Notes: generated by a model not told the origin, from the sequence alone. Counted from the stretch's first letter, positions 27,171-40,844 are shown. The stretch is 64,000 bases of DNA from Malacoraja senta (GCA_038087875.1 JAXLNO010005921.1:124001-188000); one strand, 5' to 3'. A program made the numbers and translations.

Positions 27171-28046
27171 CCATAACTAAACCAGGGGCCACAGTCTTAG
27201 AATAAAGGGGAGGTCATTTAAGACTCGGGTCAGAAAAATCTTTTTCACCCAGAAGATTGTGAATTTATGGAATTCCCTGCCACAGAGGGCAGTGGAGGCC
27301 AAATCACTGGATGGATTTAACAGAGAGTTAGATAGAGCTCTAGGGGCTAGTGGAGTCAAGGGATATGGGGAGAAGGCAGGCATGGGTTATTGATAGGGGA
27401 CGATCAGCCATGATCATAATGAATGGCGGTGCTGGCTCGAAGGGCCGAATGGCCTCCTCCTGCACCTATTTTCTATGTTTCTATGTCTCTATGTTTAAAA
27501 GTCATGGAAGGAAGGAGATAATTTTCATTGGAGATGGGTTGTATGATGTGAAAGTGTTCATCGAATGTAAAATTTCTGTTTGCATTCGACTAGGTCAGTT
27601 TATCTTGGCATTACATTTGGCATATACATTGTGGGCCAAAGGGTGAGTTCCTGACCTGTAATATTCTGTATCTGATAGTGTACAAAGCACACATTCACCC
27701 TGCCTCTGTTCCTGTACCTCTTCTGACTGATCTGTTGGGCTGAGACTCCAGCCCCAACCTCTTACACAATGTGAGATTTGTGGAATGACAAATACATTTC
27801 CATCACTTAGTGACTGGAGCACCTCGGGCACTGGGCCAAGTGTTTGCTGATAAACTGTCCACTATTGCCTGGGTTCTTGAGTGAACAAGGCACTCTTTCA
27901 ATATCTTCTCAACTATCTAAAAGATCAAGTAACAGGGTGGAACGTAATTAATTCAATTTGAAGTTCATATTTATGTTATAAAATTAGATATGATAAATAT
28001 AGATTAATTGCATAAATGTAGCTGTCATTGATAAGCTTGATCTGTT

Positions 28047-28243
28047 CACACCATTTTGAATCACATGCCCGTTCAAAAATTCCTCCATTCACACCATTCT
28101 GAATCACATACCCCATTCAAAAATGTATCCACCAGCACCATTCTGAAGAACATCCCCATTCAAAAATGTATCCACCAGCACCATGGTGAATCACATACCC
28201 CATTCAAAAAATTATCCATTCACACAATACTGATTCACATACC
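28047..28243. repeat. Imperfect minisatellite, about 43-bp unit x4-5
   Basis: Repeated caccattctgaatcacataccccattcaaaaa motif. Confidence 0.8.
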
Positions 28244-29674
28244 AAATGTGCAGGAAGGAACTGCAGATGCCAGTTTACACGGAAGACAGACACAAAATGC
28301 TGGAGTAACTCACAGGCAGTATCTCTAGAGAGAAGGAATGGGTGACATTGTGGGTCGAGACCCTACTTCAGACCAAGATGTGTTCAGATCCAATAGACTA
28401 CTATTAAATTTTATAAGTTCACATTTCCATCCAAATCCCACTGACTCCCATTTCACAGTCAACAGCTCCATTCTCATTGACATGCGATTTACACATAGGC
28501 CAGGAGGATTTTCCCCCCCAATGGATCTCAACCCAAAACATCACCCATTCCTTCTATCCAGAGATGCTGCCTGTGCCTGTGAGTTACTACAACATTTTGT
28601 GTCTATCTTCGGCTTAAACCAGCATCTGCCGTTCCTTCGTGTACATTAAGAATGTTTTGAACTTGTTTAGCATGGTTTGAACTCATTGTTTGAAACAGAA
28701 TTCATTAACATTGTCCAATAGGGAGAGTGAGTATTTCTTTAATAAATGCCCCAATTTGTTTGCTTTTCCTCGTGAAAGGCTGTGCTTGGTATTGGGTTTC
28801 CTGAATTCAACTGTAATCAATATCAGACTGACAGACAAAAAGCCTTGATCTCGCCATTAACTATGGGGTAACATGCAGTCTAGTTCAGGCTAGGCTGTGA
28901 TGTCTCCCAGTAAATGGAAATAGCTCTCAAACATACCATATGAGAACTGATCTTCAAAGTTCAGTCATGTGAGAAAGTTACTGTAGAGAGTGTGTCTACT
29001 TACAGCTAAAGCAGAACAAGAGGTCAGTGCACTTGTATCAGAGAAATTGATTAAAACATGTTTAAATAACCTACGCCTTTCCAGAGAATGCCATCTTGTA
29101 ACAAAAGGCCTGTTATCAATAGATTATGAGAGGTGGCTGTTGATTGAATTGAATTGAATACTTTATTGTCACATGTGACAAGGCTCAGTGACATTCTTTG
29201 CTTGCACACACAAGGCATGGAAATAGTTGCCCATAAAGGGCGCTTACAAAGTGACAAATTTCCATCCCCCCACGCCAGGTCCTCCTTTGTTCCTTCCCTC
29301 GGCAGCGGCGCCCTCAATTCCACGTCTCCATCCTCGTCCATCAGTAGGCGCCATCATCGACCGCCACACCGGCCTCTTCACTAACGCTGCCTGGTCCTCT
29401 CCGGACACCTTCGTGGCACCAACCCAAGCCCCCGCTGCGGGCTCCATCCACCCAGGCAAGAAGTAACTGTGAGTTGTGTGCAAAACATTTTTTTCATGCG
29501 GTGTCAGCCACAGCATATCTCCATTCTCAGTCAGAGAGCCACGGGTCAATATCCCACCAAAGAAACACCAGTGGATTCTAGTGCTATACAGGGCGTTCTG
29601 CAGAGATTGTTGCAATTTTATAACCACATGTTAAACCAAAATACTACCAGGCACAACTGGCAGAGCTGCTCCCT

Positions 29675-30230
29675 CAGTGCTAGAGAATATTGTGAGCAAT
29701 TTTGGGCACTATATCTGAGAAAGGATGTGCTGGCTCTGGAGAGGGTCCAGAGGAGGTTTACAACAATGATCCCAGAAATGAGTAGGTTAACCTATCATGA
29801 ACATTTGTTAGCACTGGGCCTGTACTCTCTGGAGTTTAGAAGAATGGGGGGGGGCCTCATTAAAATCTACAGAATAGTGAATGGCTTGGATAGAGTGGAT
29901 GTGGAGAGGATGTTTCCACTAGTGGGAGAGTCTAAGACTGGAGGCCATAGCCTCAGATTTAAAGGAAGTTCTTTTAGGAAGATGAGGAGAAATTTCTTAA
30001 GGCAGAGGGTGGCAAATCCATGGAATTTGTTGCCACAGAAGGCTGTGGAGGCCGTCAGTGGATATTTTTAAGTCGAAGATAGATAGATTCTTGATTGGTA
30101 CAAGTGTCCAAGGTTATGGGGAGAAGGCAGGAGAATGGGGTGAGGAGGGAGAGATAGATCAGTAATGAATGAATGGTGGAGTGGACTAGATGGGCCAAAT
30201 GGCCTAATTCTACACCCATTCCTTATGACC
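29675..30230 (+). mobile_element. CR1 LINE 3' fragment
   Basis: EYCEQFWA...LERVQRRFT...YSLEFRR. Confidence 0.9.
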
Positions 30231-32454
30231 TGGCCTTGTTTCTGCCCTCAAGTACTGTCCATGTGGAGTTTGCACCTTCCCCCTGTGACTGCGCTGGCTA
30301 CCTCCAGGTGCTCCAGCTTCCTTGTACACCACATGCTGGCTTGTTGTTTAATCGGCCTCCGTGAAGTCAAAATATGATGCATAAATGTGATAACACTGAA
30401 CTGGTGTGAACGGATGGTCAATGACTGGTGTGGATTCGGTGGGCTGAATGGCCTGATATATATTTCAGCCCTCTAAAAAATAATCCCAAAACGTTATTTA
30501 AGGAATACAGGTTAATCCCAGAATCCTCATTGATATTTTTCTTGCAGTTGATACCACCGAAGAACACAGATCATCTGTAGCTCATCACATTTCCCTTTGA
30601 ATGAAAATTGAAAGCAGTGTTTGAGAGTGTCAGCTGTGAGGACAGGTTGGACAAACTTAGATCATTTGCTCTTGTGGAGTTGGAATATGAGGGGGATAAA
30701 GGACACCTGATGGAAGTATATATAATTATGAGAGACACAGAGTAGAGAGGAGTAAATCTTAAATGATTTTTTACACAGAGAGTGGTGGGTGCTTGGAGCG
30801 TGCTGTCAGAGGAAGTAGTGGAAACAGATATGATAGCAATGTTTAAAGGCATTTAAACAGGCATGTATGTGGTACTGCCCTATGTTTTATGTTAACTAAT
30901 AAATTGATTTTGACTGTCGCGCCACACAGTGGCTCTTTTATTTTTTATTTTTATTATTATCTTGTTTATCTATTTATACTCTGTTTATGGGCCTGTTAGG
31001 CTGCTGCATGTAATAATGTAATTGTTCTGTTGTTGGAACATTTAATTAGACATTTCATTAAAGAAGCTTAACTCTCTTGTCTCTCTTGGGTCCTGACATG
31101 TGAACAGAGAGGAAATAAAGGGGTGTGTGGAAAGGAACGGCAGATGCTGGTTTAAACCAAAGGTAGACACAAAAATCTTGAGTAACTCAGTGGGAAAGGC
31201 AGCATCTCAGGAGAGAAGGATTGGGTGATATTTTGGGTCGAGACCCTTCTTCAGTCTGGATAGACCATGTGCAGGAAGATGGGGGCAAAGTTTGTAAAGG
31301 CAACATAGCCAGCACAGACATTGTGATGCTAGGGCTTGTCCCTGTGTCATCCTGCTCAATGTTCTTTGTTTATTCATTCAATAGTGTTTACTTTTCAAGA
31401 AATACTCAGTGGTTCTAAATGTTTTTAAAATGTTGTGAAAGGTTTTGCAAGAATGAATCTATATATTTTACTTTTTTCTCCGTTTTTCATATTCTGATTT
31501 ACATTGTAAAGAATCTCATTGCGTACGCACACAGAAACCAATCAAACAGTATCATACTTCAAGGCCAGAGTTTATGTTGCACTTGAACCTGCAAACACCC
31601 TTGTTGGTATAACTTTATCAGTGTAACCATCTGTTGGCTTGTTACTTATTTGTTTACCGAGGCAGCTTGCTGTTAAATAAAGGTGTTATATTTACCCCAG
31701 CTTCTCACTATGTAGCAGATCCCCCCCTTGTCAATCTTTTCCGAGAGTTTCCCTTCTTTATCTCTTTCCTTTGCTGCTACATTTTCCTTGATCTCCATTC
31801 CCTTTGTCCTGTTTTCACATCTTACACGTCCTTATCTATACAGTTCCTTATCTATCGACCTCCCATTCCCCTGACATCAGCCTGAAGAAGGGTCTCGACC
31901 CAAAATGTCACCCATTCCTTCTCTTCAGAGATGCTGCCTGTCCCGACGAGTTACTCCAGCATTTTGTGTCTATGTTCTGATTGGATCTCTTGTTGTTTCC
32001 TTGCATTCTTATTTTGATTGTCATTAAAGTTGTTGGCCTTGCCTGTACTGGATCCCACCCCTGGCCCAAGACAAGCAACAAGACACAATGACATAAAAGT
32101 TAACATAAACATCCACCACGGCAGAATCCCACATTCCTCACTGTGATGGAAGGCAAAAAAGTCCAATCTTCTTTCTTTTTATTCTCCCGCGGTCGGGGCA
32201 GTAGAGCCATTGTCGGGGTGATCGAAGCTCCCGCAGCGGGCGGTTGAAGCACCTGCGTAGGGGCGATTGAAGCTCCTGTGTCGGGGTGGTCGAAGCACCT
32301 GCAGCTTGGAACTCCCAAGGTCGGTCTCTGACCAGAGACCGCGAGCTCCGTGATGGTAACTCCGCAAGCACCCACAGTTGGAGCTCCGAGGTCGATCCCT
32401 GGCAAAGGGATCATGAGCTCCGTGATCTTCTTCTTTTCGTGTCTTTGAAGCTGG

Positions 32455-33500
32455 TTGGCTATATGACAGTTTCCCATTCCTTTACACAGTCCTTTGCATT
32501 TTTATTGAACACTGCAAGATACTTTGAGCTGCACTGGTTGGGTAGTAGGGGGAAGACAAGGCAGTGCTGCATTGTGTGGTCCTCTTCTCCACCTTCACAG
32601 GTGGTTTGGCCAGTTTCATAGCCCCATCTGGCCATGGCTTCCTTTGATCGCCCTGTTCCTGTTCTCAGGCGGTTGAGCGTCTTCCACTGGACCCATGGTG
32701 CTTCTGAGCCCGGAGGGAGGGCTTCAGAAGGAGGGATACCCATGTCAGTAGGAGGGGGGTCGTCCTCGAGCCTTTTTGTCCATTGTTGGAGTCTGGTTTC
32801 TTCCCGTGATGCTATTAGGGGCTGGACATGGCTGAGAAAGCTTCTCCTGGACTTCAGCCGTTGGGCCGGGGGTACACGTCCGTAGTGGAGGTGGCGTTCA
32901 TCACTGGTGGCCTTGGTCATCTCTACTCGGCTGGCGACTTTCCGTCTCACATCAGCAGGGGCAATGCCAGCGAGGAGGTGCAGATTTTTTATGTTGGTGG
33001 GCTTCAAGCAGCCAGTGATTGAGCGGCAGGTGTTATTCAACGCTGGGTCTAGTTTCTTGGCATGGGATGATCTCTCCCAGACAGGACACGCATACTCCGC
33101 AGAGGAGTAGCACAGGGCCAGAGCAGTAGATCTTAATGTGTGAGCTGTGGCTCCCCATTTGGAGTTGGTCAGCTTCCGGAGGATGTTATTCCGGGAATTT
33201 ACTTTGTTTGGTGTTTTTGACGTGTTCCTTATAGGAGAGAGTGCGATCCAGTGTTACACCGAGGTAGACAGGGTTGGTGCAGTGCTCAAGAGGTGTTCCA
33301 GACCATGTGATGTTAAGGGGTCTGTTTGCTTCCCGGTTCCTGAGATGGAACGAGCAGGCTTGGGTCTTCGCAGGGTTTGCGTGTAGGTGGTTGCGCTCGT
33401 AGTAGAGGTGTAGCTCATCTTTTTTTGGAGGAGGTGGTGGTTCACAGTGTCATACGCGGCAGACAGATCAACAAAGACGGCTCCTGTCACCAGTCCTTTC
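32455..33500 (-). mobile_element. Vingi/Ingi-like LINE, internally deleted
   Basis: AVFVDLSAAYDTVNH abuts the post-RT region; NTCRSITGCLKPT...LAGIAP.DVRR; WKTLNRLRTGTGRS. Confidence 0.7.
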
Positions 33501-34151
33501 AGGAACCCGTGATGGTAACTCCGTGATGGTAACTCCGCACGCTCCCGTGGTGGAGCTCTCAATAGTCGGTCTCCACCAAAGGCCGCCAACTCCTGGATGT
33601 TAGGCTGCAGTGCGGACCGAGATACGATACAGAAAAAAATCGCATCTCCATCGAGGTAAGATATTAGAAAAGGTTTCCCGCAACTCCCCCAACCACCCCC
33701 ACCGTAAAACAAGCTAAAGAACACTAAAAACATACATTTAACACATGGGTCAGCATCCTTGTTCTGCATAGGAGCCAGGACCCATGTCTGTGAGTGGATG
33801 GCGGGCCACATCTATCACCATAGTTAATAATTAATTAATTATAGTTTTAAAAAAATCGCGACAAAAATGTAACAAAAAGACAATTACCCCCGCGACAAAT
33901 ACGACTAAAGTGCAACACTGTGGTCGGAGCGGAATTGCTCACCGACCCCGCTGATGCTTTGTTTTCCTCCAGCCCGTCCGCTGCTGGGCTCCTGAGGAAA
34001 CCGCTCCAGTACCGCCTTGTCGAAGTCGCTCTCATCCCGCTGCAGTCTCACACAAGCCGCAGCACTGAGGTGGGGGACGCTTTCACTTTGCGTGGTCGGG
34101 AGGATGGAAGAGGGGGTGGGAGGGTAGGGGCGGAAAGAGAGAGAGATTTAA

Positions 34152-34466
34152 GGGCCTGTCCCACTGTAAGATGTAATTCAAAAGCTCTCCCGAGTTTAAA
34201 AAAAAATCATACTCGTGGTAAGTACGTAGAATGTACGTAGCGGGTACGTCAGAGCTCGGGACGTCTCTTAGCGGCTCGTAACGCTAACGGCAGGTACTCG
34301 GGAAACGCAGTAAGCTCGTGAAGACTCGTGAAGATTTGTAAACATGTTGAAAAATGTCCACGAGAGCCCCGAGTACCTACGAGCGGCTATTACTATAATT
34401 CTCCGAGTTCGAATCAGGGGAAACTCGGGAGAACACTTGAATTAGCTCGTACAGTGGGACAGGCCC
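34152..34466. mobile_element. Second copy of the same MITE (opposite orientation)
   Basis: ttaa|gggcctgtcccactgt...acagtgggacaggccc|ttga. Confidence 0.85.
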
Positions 34467-37400
34467 TTGAGTCGACGGGTATTGTGATATGGAATTGGCT
34501 CTGTGTGTGTGTGTGTGTGAGAACTACTCTCGGATAAGTGTTGTGTGTGTTTTGTGTTACGCCTGCGGGCCAGATGATTTCGAGTTACAGTCCGGATCTG
34601 GGCCGTAGGTTGCCAACCCCTGATTTAACACAAACTGTTAAAACACAAAGAATGAAGGGACAGACAGACTGTTGGAGAGGCAGCTATTGCTGGCGCCACC
34701 AAGTGGTTGGGTTGGTTAGTTAGTTTGCAGGCGCCACCAACATTGATGGAGTTGCGAAGAGTGAAGAAGGCTGTAGTGTACAATGGGAAATGCATCAGAT
34801 ACAGAAATGGGCAGAAAAAATGCAAATGGAGGTCATTTTGAGCAAGTATGTCACACTTTGAGTGGTCGAATGTAAAGGAAAAGTATACAGTTATTGGCAA
34901 GACCCTTAACAGCATTAATCTACAGAGAGATCTTGGGGTTGAATCTTGTGTTTCTAGAGACAGGAAGTCATAATACAGTTTTATAGGGCTGGGTAGTCCA
35001 CATTTGGAGTACTATGTGCAGTTTTTGTTGACCCATTACATTAAGGATGTAGAGGCATTGGAAAGGGTGCAGAGGTTTACAAGAATGATGCCTCAACTAG
35101 GGTGTGTTGGCTACATCAAACATATGGACAGATATGGATTGCTTCCGCTAGAATGCCGGAGTTTGATGGGACACCTGATAGAAGTACATACAACCATGAG
35201 AGGTATAGATAGGATAGATAGTCAGAACAGGGGCAGTCACTGTGGCGTAGCAGTAGAGTTGATGCTTTACAGCGCTTGCAGCGTGGGAGACCCAGGTTCG
35301 ATCCCGACCACGGGTGCTGTATGTATGGAGTTTCTACGTTCTCTCCATGACAGCATGGGTTTTCTCTGAGATCTTCGGTTTCCTCCCACACTCCAAAGAT
35401 GTACAGGTATGTAGATTAATTGGCTTGGTGTATGTGTAAATCGTCCCTAGTGTGTGTAGGGTAGTGCTAATGCCCAGGGATCACTAGTCGGTGCGGACCC
35501 GGTGGGCCGAAGGGCCTGTATCTCTAAACTAAAATAAACTAAACTTAACATGGATGGAAACATTGAATACAAGAGGGCATAGCTTTAAGATGAGAGTCTA
35601 AAGGAAATGTGCAGGGCATGTTTTTTCACAGACAGTGACGAGTGCCTGGATGACACTGTCTGAGGTGTGTTTGATGCTGCAGGTAAATATATTGTCTTGC
35701 CTTCAGAGGTGTTGGGTCAAAATCTTGCAAACCCCTCCAAAAAGTCTAGCAGTCAGGTTTCTGCTTCATCTCAGTCCTTGCGAGGAATCTCACAACTGGG
35801 CAATAAATTCAGGGTCACCCAGATTGCAAACACTGATGGAAACAAGCCAATTACCATTTGGTGTAACATTAAACTCACAGTTACATATTAACAGAAAATA
35901 AATATATCAGTACCTCAATAAAGTTGATGTTTCATGCTGACTAGGGTGTGGGAATTAGATGACTTGGGAATGGAATTTAGTTTTGTCTGAATATTTAATG
36001 TACCAAGTAAATACACTTAAGATATCAGCAATCAAGTAATTATTATGTGTTTTCACAATCACCACAATAGATCAGTACAGCACAGGAACAGGCCCTTTTG
36101 CCCACAATGTCTGTGTTGAACATGATGCCAAGACCAACTCCTATCTGCCTGCACATAATATACCTCCATTCCCTGCACATCCTACAACAATAAGGGCAAC
36201 ATGGTGATGCACCACTGGAGTTGCTGCCTTAAGTGCCACACAGCCGGGTTTGATCTTGACTATGGGTATGTAGGTTAATTGGGTTGGTATAAATGTAAAC
36301 CTGTTCCAAGTGTGTGTAGGATAGTGTTAGTGTGCGGGAATTGGTGCGGACCCTGTTTCCACCCTGTATCTCTAAACTAAATAAACTAAATGTGCTAACC
36401 AGTCAGTGGAAAGACAATACATTACAATCGAGCCATCCATAGTGTACAGATATATGATCAAGGGAATAACATGAATAACGTTTGGTGCAAGATAAAGGCA
36501 GTAAAGTCCGATCAAAGATTGCCCGAGGATCTCCAATGCAGGAGACAGTAGTTCAGGACTGCACCCTGGTTGTAGGTAGGATGGTTTCAGTTGCCTGATA
36601 ACAATTGGGAAGAGACTGTCCCTGAATGTGGAGGTGTGAATTTTCACAATTGGTTATATGAAGAGTAAAGTTGTTGTTATTCCGTTCTGATGGGCGTTTG
36701 ACGGCACTAGGCCTCTACTCGCTGGAGTTTAGAAGGATGAGGGGGGGACCTCATTGAAACTTACCGAATAGTGAAAGGCCTGGATAGAGTGGATGTTGAG
36801 AGGATGTTTCCACTAGTGTCAGCATATCACCAGAGGGCATAGCCTCACAATCAAAGTACACTCCTTTAGGAAGGAGATGAGGAGGAATTTCTTTATTCAG
36901 AGGGTGGTAAATCTGTGGAATTCTGCCACGGAAGGCTGTGGAGGCTGTCAATGGATATTTTTTAAGGCAGAGATAGATAGATTCTTGAATAGTACGGGTG
37001 TCAGGGGTTATGGGGAGAAGGCAGGAAAATGAGGTTTGGAGGATAGGATAGATCAGCCATGATAGATGGGACGAATGGCCTAATTCTGTTCCTATCACTG
37101 ATGATCTTATGATTGAGTAAATAGCTGTCTGTAGTATTAACAATGACAAAACAAGTATATAGGTCAGTGTAGCATGCTAACGTCTTGGTAAAACTCATTC
37201 AAAAGTATTTTATTAAATGCTCATAATTCAGAAATGACACTGGTGGATATACAATGAAATTCTCGGTCTGTTGCACATAAAACACTTCCAGAGCTATTAC
37301 ACCACAGCTTTGATAATGAGTATTGTTACCTGTGATCTGTCGGGTCAACAAAACACAGCCCCCATACGTTACCATGTTCCATAAATATTCACATGACATG

Positions 37401-38894
37401 GGACTGGGATGTTGTCTATGTGGAGTTTGCATGTGCTCCCTGTGACCATGTGGGATTTCTCCCGGTGCTCCGGTTTCCTCGCACATCTCAATGATGTACA
37501 GGTTTGTAGGTGAGTTGGCCTTTGTAAAATTGCCCTAGTGTATCGAAAGCGGATGTGAAAGAGGGATAACAGAACTGGTGTGCAGGATGGTTGGTATCAA
37601 CTCGATGAGCTGAAGGCTCTGCATCCATGCTCTATAACTCAACTAAACTAAGCAATCTTATCGAAGCTGTGGTGTAGAGCGTGGTTCGTATTGAAAACAA
37701 AGATCCTTGTTGACTGGCCCATTAAATACTTGAAGCACTGAGTGAAGCATTAAATGCAAAGGCAATTACTTCTCCACTACACCATCAGGTATGTGAACAA
37801 GGAATGCAGCTTACAGTATGTGACAAAGACAAGTGGCAAAATAACTAGGAACGAACTGCAGATGCAGGTTTAACCCGAAGATAGGCTCAAAAAGCTGGAG
37901 TAACTCAGCGGGTCAAACAGCATTTCTGGAGTCTGAACAAGGGTCTCATCCCGAAATGTCACCTATGTCTTGTATCCAGAGATGCTGTCTGATCCGGTGA
38001 GTTTCTCCAACTTTTTGTGTCTATCTCTCGCAAGATATGTATATGATGTTTGAGAGGCTTTTAGATCGACAAACTGATCTGCAGGAAATAGAGGGATATG
38101 GATCAAGTTGCAGTTGGATGGGATCAGTTTAGCATCTCATCATGTTCACCACAGACATTGTGGGCCAAAGGGCCTCTTCCTGAGATGAACATTTTTATGT
38201 TTTATATAAAATAAGATTAGTAATCAGCTGTAAGCCCCCTTGAACAGACTGCATCATTCAATAACATTATGTCCAATCTGATTTCGATCAGTTTACTGCA
38301 TTATTCCTGCTACCTTTGATTCATTTCTGATCTAAAATTCTCTATATCTCAACCTGGAAAATATTCATTCACCTTATCTTCACAGCTGGAATAGAATGTT
38401 CAGGCAAATCATACACCTCCTGGAAAATAAATCTTCTTCATAGCTATTTTAAAGAAGAACCTGGCAAGGGAGGATTGCCGAGAACAAAGAGGGTCTCGGG
38501 GTTGGGGGGGCTGATAATACAGGTGAACCCAACATGGAGCGGCTGCCGAGAACAAAGATGGTCCCAGGGTTGGGGGGCCGTTGATAACACAGGTGAACCC
38601 AACATGGAGGGACTGCCGAGAACAAAGAGGGACCATTGGGGACTGTAATGATTACTTTGTAACTGTGTCGACACCCTATACATGGTGACTCTTTGTATGT
38701 CATGCAAAACAAAGAATTTCACTGTGACATGACTCATATGGTAATAAAGTATCAATCAATAAAATGGGCGACCTTTTATTCCAAAATGTGGCGCAATGTA
38801 TGACTTTGGAATCACAGGGTAACTGGTGAAGACAGCACTTGAAAAATTAATGGCTGAATGTAAAGCCATCAGTCAGCATTGATACAATAAAGAG

Positions 38895-39392
38895 CATAGA
38901 ACATAGAACAGTACAGCACAATAACAGGCCCTTTGACCCACAATGTTTGTGCCGAACATGATGCCAAGACCAATTGTTATCTGCTTGCACATAATCCATA
39001 TCCATCCATACCCTGCATATACATGTGCCTATCTAAAAGTCTCTTAAATGCCACTATCATATCTGCTTCCACCACCACCCCCGGCAGCACATTCCAGTCA
39101 CTCGCCACCCTTGGCGTAAAACACTTGTCCTGCACATCTTTTTTAAACTTTGCCACTCATTGCAAAGCTATACCTGCTCTTATTTGATATTTCCATCCTG
39201 GGTAAAAAGTCAGATGGTCTACCCTATCGCTACTCCTCCCAGTTTGATATATTACTGTCAGGTCTCCCCTCAATCCCCGACATTCCAGAGAAAACAATCC
39301 AACTGCCCAGTCTGTCCAACTTCTCCCTGTGGCTAATACCCCACTAATCCAGGCATCATTCCGGTAGACCTCCTCTGTATCCCAACGGAAGC
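38895..39392 (-). mobile_element. CR1 3' fragment overlapping the end of the class I terminal exon
   Basis: CR1 frame IQRRSTGMMPGL...REKLDRLG; tail (ttctatg) near 38895. Confidence 0.85.
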
Positions 39393-39576
39393 TGATTGTG
39401 CTTCATGGTCACTGCAGTCCGCTGCTGGTCTCTGCTGTTGTCAGCTGGTCCCTGTTCATTGAAAGGTTTCATCTTTTTCCTCTTCTTCCAGCAACCAATT
39501 CCAAGGATGATCCCCAGGAGAATAAGAGGAACAATTACAGCTCCAGTCACGATCCTAATCTTTATATCTTCTTTCG
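39356..39576 (-). CDS. Probable TM/cytoplasmic terminal exon of the class I gene: ...KEDIKIRIVTGAVIVPLILLGIILGIGCWKKRKK...LPE*
   Basis: About 21-aa hydrophobic stretch followed by a basic stop-transfer KKRKK, on the expected strand and 3 kb downstream of alpha3. Acceptor ambiguous: phase-1 in-frame options at 39576 (cag|CG) or 39600 (aag|TC), both with weak pyrimidine tracts. Confidence 0.72.
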
Positions 39577-40803
39577 CTGCCATGTATTGATCAATAACGA
39601 CTTTGTAATGATTTTATTATCTACATTAAACTAGCACTGTTCATATCTAATTACAAAGTAACAAAGTCTTAGATTTATGTAATTGTCCAGACGATGGATG
39701 TTTAAATAGATCAATGAAAAATCTTTGAAGTTCATATTAGCGTTGAGATTTTATCTGCAGCATTTAATTATGAATTTAAAGAATCAAGCATATGTCAGAA
39801 ATAAAGATTCAAGATTCAAGATATTTTATTTGTCACATTCACATACACCCGGGTGTAGTGAAGTGAAATGCTTTTTGCCATTATGCAGCACAAAAAAGAG
39901 AAGAATACAGACATCACACCAAGATAGTCTTAACACTGAACATCCCCCCACAATGGCTCCCACCATGAGGGAAGGCACAAAGTCCAGTCCCCCACCCCAG
40001 TTCACCCATAGTCGGGCCCATTGAGGCCTCCACAGTTGCCTCTACGGAGGCCCGATGTTCCAGGCCGTTCTCGGCGGGTGATGTTGCTCCGGCGACGGGA
40101 GAGTCCTCCCAGCGGCCTGGGAACCCTGGAACGGCCGCTTCCGCACTGGGGGCCGCGGCTTCCGAAGCCAACAAGGCCGCGCCGGTTGGAGCTCCACAAC
40201 TGGCGCTCTCATATAGAGATCCCAGGCTCCCGGTGTAAAGTTCAGCGCCGCTGCCCGCAGCTGGTCGCTCCACAGTCCCGCAGCCCCGCGATGTTTTCTC
40301 CAGTGATCCTCAGCTCACCGGAGCTCCAGCGCGGCGACCCGGGCAAGGCATCGCCCGCTCCGCGATAGCGCTCCAGCGCTGTGCCGCCGCCGAAGCCGAG
40401 GCTCTGGGCGGTCCCCGACAGGAAACGCCGCTCCAGGCCTGCTGGTAGGCCGCGAGGACGGGTCGAAGCTGCAGCCCGGAGAAAAGCTGCCTCTCCGGCC
40501 AGGTAGGGACCCTGAAAGGTAGTTTCCCCCTTCCCCCCCCACACAAAAAAGTCTAGACCTCCAAAACAAAACACTTTACTGACTAAAATAAAAAAGAAAG
40601 GTGAAAGGACAGACAGGTCAGCGCCCCCGGTGGTCTATTTGCAGTGTAGAGGTCAACAAGGCTATTTTCTTATGTTGACCATTGTTATTTTAGCAAATAA
40701 AAGTGAACCCATTTATAGTTGATAAAACTTCAAAGGTTTTAAACTTTGCTGATATTTAAATATCTGAGAGTTTGATATTTTCACACACACACACGCACGC
40801 ACG

Positions 40804-40844
<41 letters not shown>

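Noticed and set aside
37209-37214. Minus-strand AATAAA as the class I poly(A) signal
   Set aside because: One of several hexamers in AT-rich DNA; cannot be assigned without transcript data.
39914-40574. Cluster of overlapping GC-rich ORFs
   Set aside because: GC-rich interspersed repeat (related pieces at 29250-29460, 32170-32450 and 33490-33740); ORFs in many frames reflect the lack of stops.
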